Source of the DNA: Wallemia ichthyophaga EXF-994
Taxonomy: Eukaryota > Fungi > Basidiomycota
Assembly: GCF_000400465.1 (NCBI RefSeq)
Contig: NW_008806292.1
Span: 1-32,000, forward strand
Reading direction: 5' to 3'
DNA length: 32,000 nt
Every line of letters starts with the position of its first letter. Position 1 is the stretch's first letter. Below, piece after piece: positions 11,329-20,212 of this stretch. A program made the position numbers and the translations under genes. The notes under the pieces were generated by a model. It was not told the DNA's origin. It worked only from the letters and a program-made list of their open reading frames with translations, and did not search any database.

Positions 11329-12560
11329 TCTTCTTTTACTGAGTTGCATTAGGATAGGTGGGCAAAGAATCAAAGAAGCAAGATTTGGTGATTTTACGAA
11401 AGTAGCAATCCAGTTTTTGAATTACTTACTCGTCTGGTATTTATACCTTCCTCCAATCGATGAGCCCTCACGCTATGTTTGTAGGCAGTCACCACCTCTA
11501 TACCACCAAAGACAAATACAACATAAGGTGAATGGCCAATGATGGTCAGAGGCTATCCAATTTTACTCAACTGATGATTCGTGTTTTCGGATTTCCTTCT
11601 CAAGTCTCTTATGTGTCTCAGAGAAACTGAGACAAGCTTGGAGCGTAGTATAGACCAGTCCCAGTTTAGCGTTCATGGGGTGCAACGGGAGAACATAGTC
11701 TGTTAGCATATTCCATATCTCATTATTATTTTTTACTTCATATATGAATTAATTTCCTCTATTTAGCCATAAAACAGTAATTTTATCACTGAACGGAAGC
11801 AACAGCGATGACAAAGAATGGTTGAATGAATCAATGAAATTATAAGCACAAGAAGCTTGAAATGCCCCGGAATATAGACAATCGAATTATCAACATGCGC
11901 GACTAATATGTGCAAGATCCGTGACCAACACAATATTTGGTAAAGCAGGTGTTCTGCAGCACTGTCGAGAGCGTTGCGCTTCTATAAAGCTTTAATATAC
12001 GGCAACATGTAATCAAGTCTTTATAACATTGTATCAACCCTCCCAAGTGATCAATTTGATCCCAGTCGGCTCTCTGAGGAGATTCTCAAGGTTGTTCTGT
12101 AAATGATGCAACTAAGTCAAATGCCACATGACAGTGCTTAAATACGCCCAGGATCAAATGGGTAACGGATGATAGTGATGTGATAGTGCCTTAAATTTAT
12201 GAGAAAAAAACTTGGAAACCTGTGAGACAACAAAATTACTGACGATCCGAGGATTACTTGAGGCTTCTCTCACTATTTTCCGGCAGTAATTGTAATTATC
12301 GATCTGGATTCTGTCTGAACGTGCATCAATGATGTCACCAGAGTCGTATTATCAGGGTGAATGCGTGGTGAATGGAGAGAGGCATGCAATAATTTTATAA
12401 GAGTCTATCCTTTAGAACAATCAATTTGCTTGGATAGTAATTTTCTCCTATTCTCGTGTGATCAATGGACTATCTGATGAAAGTGAGTGTAGAAAGACTG
12501 CAACGGCTTGAAGAGAGTTCAAGGCGGTTTAAATGTGATAAAGTAACCAAAAATGCCTAA

Positions 12561-12827
12561 TTAGGTATACTGAAAGCCGAAATTCTCTATGATTCATCAT
12601 TCAATCTCTTTATAGCATTACAGTTGATCATCGAAGAGCAATTACAGCTCGGAGACGGTCAATCGCTGGCAAAATTCAACATTCATTGTAATTTAAAGCT
12701 AAATAAACGCACAAAGTGCTCTTTTACAATTGAATCATCCCCTAATAATCACCAAATCACAAAGAAAAGTACGTTATCACAAATCGAGAATGACAAGCTT
12801 AATGTCGTGTTCGTCATAGCTCTGTGA
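12561..12827 (+). pseudogene. Possible degenerate ubiquitin-like domain fragment
   Basis: LKAEI-x13-LIIEEQLQLGDGQSLAKFNI parallels ubiquitin VKAKI-x12-LIFAGKQLEDGRTLSDYNI. No ATG; the similarity is weak. Confidence 0.25.
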
Positions 12828-15030
12828 TTACAGCAAACGTGAGAAATATTGTTATCGTTTTTTAGCGATTGATTTTGTAATATATAATGGAGTGGGTTTA
12901 ACGTGAATAGCGTTGTACGGCGCTCAGTAATTATTCAATCAGATGTGAAATGGCTCTCATAGTTTATTTTTTTGGAGTCGAAATATTTATTCCATTTTCC
13001 TTCCTGCCTTCTACGACGCCAATGCAACCTTAATCGTTTTCAAACCCCCATTGTTCGAGATTTCGAAATCCACTGTGAGGCCAAATCCCCGATTTCAAAG
13101 TTAGGTTGACCCCCATTTTTGTTTGCATGAATCGCATTCAATTAATTTGGAATGATCCGTCACAACAATTATATTTCCTTGGTTCCCCGTTTGAGTCCTA
13201 TGGACCCTACGTGCCGGAAAATGTAAATCGTGTTTATAGAGACGAATACTTGGCATCTTTGGGTGATTGCACTCTAAATCAGCTATGAAAGCTTGGTTAT
13301 ATCAATGAGACGCATGAAGTTCCCCGTATTATCGTATAGCGTGCTCCAGTGGATGTCGGACTGCAACTTCTGAACGGCGTACAGAGCAAAATTGTTGCCT
13401 TAGGGATATAACTCTGGATGAATTGATAGAACTCGTTCAAGATTATCTATCAAGCTTTTGCCTTCGGAGATCGTCAAAATTTGTAAAGCAACCATCCGAA
13501 TGATGGGTGGTAGTGGAGAAATCAAACTCAATGGATATTTTAACCTGAGCGTATGCTCGATATGAGAATAGCTAAGAAAATCCGAGAATACCATAAATCG
13601 ATGCTTTTGCTAAATTGTTCATTTTGTCCATATGTAGTATCGCTGCGTTCGTCTTCTCAATTACTTACTTGGTCGTTGCAGGGCTATGTGAGCAGATCTA
13701 ATTAATTAAAGTAATCCATACTGCTGCAGGCATCTTTTCTAATAAAATAGCTTGATAATTTATACTGAATTATGTATGGGCAGCTCTAATGCCAAAAAAT
13801 AAAAGAGAAATTGCTATAGACTTTATACGTATTGATGATCACAACAGCTGCCCGTGAATATTAAAATGCGTATGTCCACTCAAATTGTTTGCTACATGTT
13901 GTTGTTGACTAATCGAGACAATGAGATTGTTGTGAGACATCGACCTGGACGCTCCCCTCAATTCTTTCCTCTCCTTTAGTAATAAAAAGCACAGAACATC
14001 AAGCGAATAGGTATAAGAAGTCTTCTTGGTTTGCAGATGAGGCGAACTAGAACCAGATATACTCAAATGACAAGGCAAGGCTGTTTCAAGCAGATTACCG
14101 CCTGGTCGACAATAAGTCTTTTGGATACAATATGTATCAATCTAATTAAGAATTCAATCTTGCCTTGGGGTTGGAGTATTTTGGGTTCTTGTTAGCCTGC
14201 TTTGAAAACTAGGCAGATTTCTTATAATGCTTGTGCTTTTCGTCAATGTTAAGTTTCAAATAGAAACCCGGTCTAAATGGAGATTTTAGGTCGATTTATG
14301 AAATGCATGTGATGGTTATCCACCAAATCCCTGTCTTTAAGGTGTAAGAGTCGAGAGTGAAACTTTTAGTAAAGAAAGTAGGTTATCGTGTAATAAGATA
14401 TTCCTATATTCATCTTATGTTTCTAGTTAAAGGCTATATGTTGATTTCCAGATATTCTGGTAGAAACAATGTCCTTTATTCATGGTCTCGTAACGTGTGT
14501 AACATTGATTTTAAGAAAGCACTGATACGACTCGATTTTGGTAAACACAAAATGTAAGGCTAGTGCCATTATGAATGATCGTAGTTTTGACATACATGAA
14601 ATAAGTCTCGACTGCTGGGTAGATTTAGTCGAACATTCTGTCCATTTTATAACATAACATCGCTTAGTCAAATATCATCAATAAAGCTGCACTAGAAAGT
14701 GATCAATGGATGAGATTGTAAAATTTACTGGTCTAAAGGCTGCCTCTTACAAGTTAACTAGGACAGCTTTACCTAGGCAGTTTATTCTCGTTCTAAAGAA
14801 AGAACTCTTCTTGCCGAAGAAAGTCCAGCCTAGTTATTTGATGCATCTCCAGTAAGTCGCAACGGAGCTCGGTGGTCTAATTTTATGGGCGCACCTGAGC
14901 CCCGATACCTACCTCTAGTGGAAATGTTTGAAAAGATTGTCTCAAATGGAGCAGGGCTTTAACGCAAGAGGTGTCGATTATTCCGATTATAGGTTCTCCA
15001 GCGTTGCTTCGATTTGCTTTCATCTGCTCC

Positions 15031-15620
15031 CATCTGTGAACCTTCTACCTCTCGTGGCTCGAACAGTGCAGCGAGTCGTGCATGGAAAGAGATGCGATGA
15101 AGGAGTGACAGCGATAGGATTAGGAGAAGACGTGTGCATCCCCATCATCATTCTCCATTTCATGTAGTAAAACACATGAGATATTCATACGAAACAACGC
15201 AATACGAAACAACGCACAAGACACAGGTGGTGCACGATCTAGCCAGGTCAGCACTACACAAGCTAGATATTCTTCCTAGCGCGTGTTATTTCCCTCCAAC
15301 ACCAATACAACGTAGATTTTTAATAGCCAGAGTAGAAATGTATGAGGCGGTACATGTCTCACACCCATGGTGTAAATCTTCCATTTCGCAGTTTATTTCA
15401 AGATTTTGCCATCTACACACTCCTTGCCATTGCTGACGAGATCCCATGCCATGACACCCTCGAAGAATGCCTTATCGTCCGCCTTTTATATGTTAGTTGA
15501 CACGCATGTGAAGACGGAAAATACTCACATTGTTCAAGTCAAGAGGGCTGTATGCGTATGATTCCCAGTCAGGAGCAGCCTTAATGAGGCTCAGATAATC
15601 TTCACCACGGCAGATGAAGA
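15031..15620 (-). repeat. Right arm of the 590-bp inverted repeat
   Basis: Reverse complement of 8601-9190 (position sum 24221 throughout), 586/590 identical. Confidence 0.98.
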
Positions 15621-16278
15621 GGCTGAATTTGTAGCTTTCGAGGTATTGGATATCGCCAAAGATAGGGCTAATGACGTGGTTGTGGGCGATAGACTTGTAG
15701 TGTCTAAGGGTGTGTGGGTACTTGGCCCTCATAGATGCGTCAATGACGTGCAAGTATGCGAAGCGGAGGATGGAGGCAACGGTGATGTCAGCGAGGGTGA
15801 TACGCTCACCGACGAGGAAAGTGCGAGACTTGAGGACGGATTCGAGGGCGTTGAGAGCTCTCTCCAAAGCAGGGAATGCAGCGTCACTGGCTGGCTTGAT
15901 TGGCTGCATGAAGCCGAGGTTCATGTAGGCTGGCTGAGAGACAGGGAAGAAGATGTCAGTCTCAGCGAACATGACCCATTGCTGGATGAGAGCTGCATCG
16001 GCTGGAGACTTGCCGAGAAGACCAGTTGAGTCGTTGAGAGAGGCAAGGTACCAGGAAATGGCGGCAGTTTGAGAAAGCTTAAGGGACTTATCGGCTGACT
16101 CAAATGTCGGAACCTTTCCTGAAGGGAACTTTGCCAAGTACTCAGGAGTCTTGTTGGTGCTGCCAAATTCAAAGGCAGGGGTGTCCACCTTCAAATCGTT
16201 GTAGGCTGCCACTGCAAGGCATCTGATAGCTCTGTAGCTGCCTGGGTAGGTGTAAATTGAACCGACTGATGAAGACAT
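15393..16278 (-). CDS. Chimeric EF1B-gamma-class GST protein (divergent GST domains plus a copied EF1B-gamma C-terminal tail), ~279 aa
   Basis: Exon 1 16278-15529, intron 15528-15483, exon 2 15482-15393. The GST part is ~64% identical to the first gene by manual count (140/218) and lacks its intron 1. It joins in frame at YKFS|LFICRGEDY to the duplicated tail. The linker and most of the EF1G domain are absent. Confidence 0.85.
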
Positions 16279-16631
16279 GCTCGTGCTCGTTGGTGGTGCG
16301 GGAGAGGAGAAGGTGGACAAGTCAAAATAAGTTAAAAATTTGTATTTCAAGGGGTTTCCAGTGGTATTCAAGGGCGTGGGGTGGTTTATGTAGGTGTAGC
16401 ATCTGGGCTGTCACTGTCAGCCGTTATTTGCAAGTGAAAATATTCATTTGATGGGATACAAGGGTGTACTGGATTTAAGGAAAGAGAGTAACCGCTATCC
16501 TAAATATTTTACTTCCAGTAATCAATTTACAAGTAAAATATTCACGCCTATCCATACCACTCAACTCTCTTTACGCGGATTCTATCATCACATAAATGAA
16601 CAAGAACTTTGGGAGATCTTCAGATATTTTA

Positions 16632-17587
16632 ATGGGGGAAATGGAGCACGGTTATTCCCATGACAACCACTTCGATCCAGCCGCTGATTTCAACAACCTC
16701 GGTCCACGCTACGTCCCTTTCTTCCCCCAAGCGGACAGCCATCCGGGAACGCCAGCGACGGAGCACACACAGCTCACTCACGATGGCAGTGAGGCTGGCA
16801 AGGATGACAAGGACGGGATGCTCACTGTCCCCGCGATGGGCGCTGATTGGCACGCAGACGAGCTCAAAGGTATATCGAAATCCCACCGCCGCAAAGAAGC
16901 AAACTGGGATCGTAAGCGTGCCGCGAAAGGCTGGTTCCGGGGCCAGCGCAAGTGCTGTGGCATAAGCAGGAAGACGGCGGTATTTATGGCATTTGGGGGA
17001 ATAATAAGGTGGGCATTCAGTCGTTGTCGGTGGTATGAGTGATGGCTTACTCTCTTCCTCTTCACAGCCTTATCCTTCTACTCTATTTCCTCATTCCGCG
17101 CACACCCACTTTCACTTTTAGATCAACTGTTCTCAACCTGGAGGACGAGGATAGCCCTAGCTTCCTAACGTATCCCACGGCTAACTTCTCGTTTGACGGC
17201 AGCGTGGCAGTCTCGCTAGACACCACGACCAGCTGGATACCCATCACCGTTAAACACCTCGACGCGACCGTATACGACGCTGTTACAAATACTAAAGTGG
17301 GCGAGGGCGGGTTCAAGAAAAGCAAATCCTATAGTCGAGATAACGATATACACGTCGATGTACCCGTGCACTTCTCCTACGAGGCATCCGATGACAGCGA
17401 TCCGACGTGGAGTGATTGGCACGACGCTTGCAAACATCAGTGGAAGGGACAGCCACCGCCTACGACACTCTCTATCAGACTCAAGTTGGATATGCAGATA
17501 CAGGGACTAACCAAGACAACGACAGTGTCTCAGTCTTCCGACAGTGACGTCGCATGTCCATTTGAATTGTCAGCTGATTCGCCATAA
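16632..17587 (+). CDS. Single-pass membrane protein with a LEA_2-like beta-rich C-terminal region
   Basis: Intron 17009-17067 joins the two ORFs in frame. Basic/Cys motif RGQRKCCGISRK, then a TM helix and IPRTP, then a beta-rich region (WIPITVKHLDATVYD, HVDVPVHFSY). The product is inferred from architecture. Confidence 0.6.
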
Positions 17588-17720
17588 GCAGGTTGGGTGC
17601 ATCAGGTATTTCTAGGATATCAACTACCTAATATATCGAACAATGAACAACGAACAATGAACAATTTTCACTTATTTGCAGTCATAATAAATACATTGTA
17701 ATGCATGGTTTTAAATCACT

Positions 17721-18965
17721 CTAATCACCATCCTCCAAGGTCCTCCTCAACGAGCGCTGGTCGAGTGGTATCCAGATATACTGCTCGGGACCGTCGACGT
17801 GAGTGTTAGAAGGCGGAGAAGACGACGATTGAATGAGGCCGTGATCTCTAAACTCAGCCAAAGCGGCCTCGAAAGCGTCTTCCGAGGTAGCGATAAAGGA
17901 TTGTTTAGCCATGCTGACTAGAGCGTGTCTCGGGGAGGCGTGAGAGGGGGTTAAGGTGGTAGAGGTATTTTGGGCAGTAGCGTCGCTCTTTTCACCCTCG
18001 CTGCATCTCTCCAACTGCAATTGAGCGATAGCTACGAACAATCTACGAGCGCGATCGGGCACACTGGCGATAACGTGTCTAGCTCCGCTAACAGTGGGTA
18101 CGATACCAGTGCTGCTTGCGGCCTGCGAGCTGTGCAAGAGGGATGTAGCGCGCTGAGCCATTTCCATGAGATGCGGTTCAAGGGTGGAGAGATCGTGCCA
18201 CAGCCACGGCAGCCCAACAGCGGCATCGTGAGCCGGGAAGAGAAGAGGAGCATTGAGATGGTCGACTGAGGCCACTACGCTGATGCGCTCACTCCCCAAC
18301 ACCCGCTTTAACTTGTCTACATCGACGTTCTTGCGCGCGTGCAAGGTGAGCGCATCCATACTGTGCAATACTGCCACTATGCGAGGCGTGGATGCGCGCG
18401 AGTATTGCAGTTGTACGCTGCGCATCAGCTCGTCTGTGGGTGTGCTGGATGGAATTGAGCTTTTCTGATGTACCGCTAATAACCCCTCTAACACACCGCG
18501 AAAAGTGATAGACGGGTTGAAGGCATCGATAGTGATTACATCATACTCCCCAGATAGCTCCCGCACAAAATCATCTATTGCCCCCCGCTTGCTGCCGAAG
18601 CCGGTGAAAATTAGTGGGCGGTGGAGAAGAAATAGCTCAGCTTTCCATTGGAGGTAGCGGCGTTTATGGGATTGGCGGGGTACACAGGGCTTTTGAGGGG
18701 CATTCTCAAGTGCGGTGCGTGTTTCCTTGGCTGTAAGTGGCGGGTAAGGGAAAAGAGAATTACTGGGTCTAGCAGGGATATTCTGGTATTGAAAGTAGAC
18801 ATCAGAGGTGGTAGGAGTTATGATTGGCTTGCTGGGTGTGGCATCCGTGGAATTGGTGAGATCCTCGTTGTCCTCACTGCCCCAATCATCCTCAGAATTA
18901 ATTGGTTGAATTTTCCCATCATCGGGTAGAAGCTGCATAATATTCGTATTCCGCTCCTTAACCAT
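17721..18965 (-). CDS. ORC2: Origin recognition complex subunit 2
   Basis: ORC2 motifs IFTGFGSKR, VLHSMD, VVASVDHLNAPLL and WLWHDLST, plus a winged-helix-like C-terminus (ALAEFRDHGLI). Start codon uncertain. Confidence 0.88.
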   Translation of the reverse strand: MVKERNTNIMQLLPDDGKIQPINSEDDWGSEDNEDLTNSTDATPSKPIITPTTSDVYFQYQNIPARPSNSLFPYPPLTAKETRTALENAPQKPCVPRQSHKRRYLQWKAELFLLHRPLIFTGFGSKRGAIDDFVRELSGEYDVITIDAFNPSITFRGVLEGLLAVHQKSSIPSSTPTDELMRSVQLQYSRASTPRIVAVLHSMDALTLHARKNVDVDKLKRVLGSERISVVASVDHLNAPLLFPAHDAAVGLPWLWHDLSTLEPHLMEMAQRATSLLHSSQAASSTGIVPTVSGARHVIASVPDRARRLFVAIAQLQLERCSEGEKSDATAQNTSTTLTPSHASPRHALVSMAKQSFIATSEDAFEAALAEFRDHGLIQSSSSPPSNTHVDGPEQYIWIPLDQRSLRRTLEDGD

Positions 18966-18992
18966 CTTCCCTCTTGGTCGTTTACTTGCAAC

Positions 18993-20165
18993 ATGTCATC
19001 ATCGCCTGAACCCGAATTAATCTACGATAGTGGTAGTGATGGTTATAATCAGCTTGATAACGATAACGATAACGATAACGATAACGAGCATTTTAATCCG
19101 GGCTCCGGAGGTTTATTGCCTGGGGATGTGGATTTACAGAAAGATACACACGACAACGCAGACGTCAACGAGGAAAATGAAAATTATAACACCCATATTC
19201 AAGACACAGACATTCCACTCCCCACACTCCCCTCCCTCAAGAGAAAAGCTATGGACGAAGCCAGCGATAGCCCTTCAAAGCTCACGAAAGCAAAAGCACA
19301 TACCAATGCGCTTGACTCAGCTCAACGCCCTCGACAGTCAAAACCAGCTGAAGAAGAATCACCCTTCTGGCCCAAAGCTGAGAGCAGAAACAGCCAAACT
19401 AAATTCAAGAGACAGAGTTTAGTTGGTGTAAGTGGTGATGGAGGTGATGGTAGAATCGATGCTGATGGCGATACCACCGGTGGCAATTCAAGACTTAAGC
19501 AGCTTTTCGCTATCGGCGATGCTCCACGCTCCCCTCGAACGGAGGTACTAAACAAACGGTTTCAGCATCAGAACCAGGACCAGCATAAAAATCACGATCA
19601 AGATCACGACAAGGAAAACCCATTCTATGATGCATTTGTAGACGTACACGAGCATCCTCATCACAACTACGGTGAAGATTTTCATTCTGATAGTACAACT
19701 GATCCACGTCCTGTCATTGTCAAGCACGAATCAGACGTTGGTGCTGTGCGAGGCTGGTCACCTGGTGAAGATGAGAATGAGAATGAGAATGAGAGCGAGA
19801 GCGATAGTGATCATCACAGCGAGGATGATAGCCAACGCATCAATAATTACATGCGTAGAAACAAGCAACGTGAGGATGATGATAATCTCAATGGCTTCAC
19901 AATATACACTCAAGACGATGCTCAAATCACCCGCAATTCACAGCACTCGCTCAACGCAGCCCAGAAATTGAAACAGACGATTGAAAATGTCCACATCGTC
20001 TCTCTCGATGCTCTGATGGAGGCTAGCAGCGAGTCAGCGCAATTCCTAGACTCGTCTGCAGCACCACTCAAACGTCTATCTAATATAATGGCTGAACATT
20101 CACGCTGGATTGAAACATTCGTGAGAGTGGTAGACCAGAAGAAGCACAACGAAGCTATATTGTAG
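18993..20165 (+). CDS. Hypothetical acidic, low-complexity protein with a helical C-terminus
   Basis: Intronless 390-aa ORF, D/N/E/H-rich, with no recognised domain. Confidence 0.7.
   Translation: MSSSPEPELIYDSGSDGYNQLDNDNDNDNDNEHFNPGSGGLLPGDVDLQKDTHDNADVNEENENYNTHIQDTDIPLPTLPSLKRKAMDEASDSPSKLTKAKAHTNALDSAQRPRQSKPAEEESPFWPKAESRNSQTKFKRQSLVGVSGDGGDGRIDADGDTTGGNSRLKQLFAIGDAPRSPRTEVLNKRFQHQNQDQHKNHDQDHDKENPFYDAFVDVHEHPHHNYGEDFHSDSTTDPRPVIVKHESDVGAVRGWSPGEDENENENESESDSDHHSEDDSQRINNYMRRNKQREDDDNLNGFTIYTQDDAQITRNSQHSLNAAQKLKQTIENVHIVSLDALMEASSESAQFLDSSAAPLKRLSNIMAEHSRWIETFVRVVDQKKHNEAIL
19056..19085 (+). repeat. (GATAAC)5 coding microsatellite
   Basis: Five perfect copies encoding DNDNDNDNDN. A (GAGAAT)3(GAGAGC)2 array occurs at 19773-19802 in the same gene. 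Confidence 0.95.
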
Positions 20166-20212
20166 ATTATTATGTTGTATTATTTATTTTTCATTTCCCT
20201 AGTGTTGTTACC

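Noticed and set aside
13100-14700. Short ORFs with faint integrase-like (KIREYH) or ankyrin-like words
   Set aside because: Matches are only a few residues long and interrupted by stops, indistinguishable from chance.
8601-15620. DNA transposon with long terminal inverted repeats
   Set aside because: The arms are host EF1B-gamma sequence and continue into genes on both sides. No target-site duplication or transposase motif was seen.
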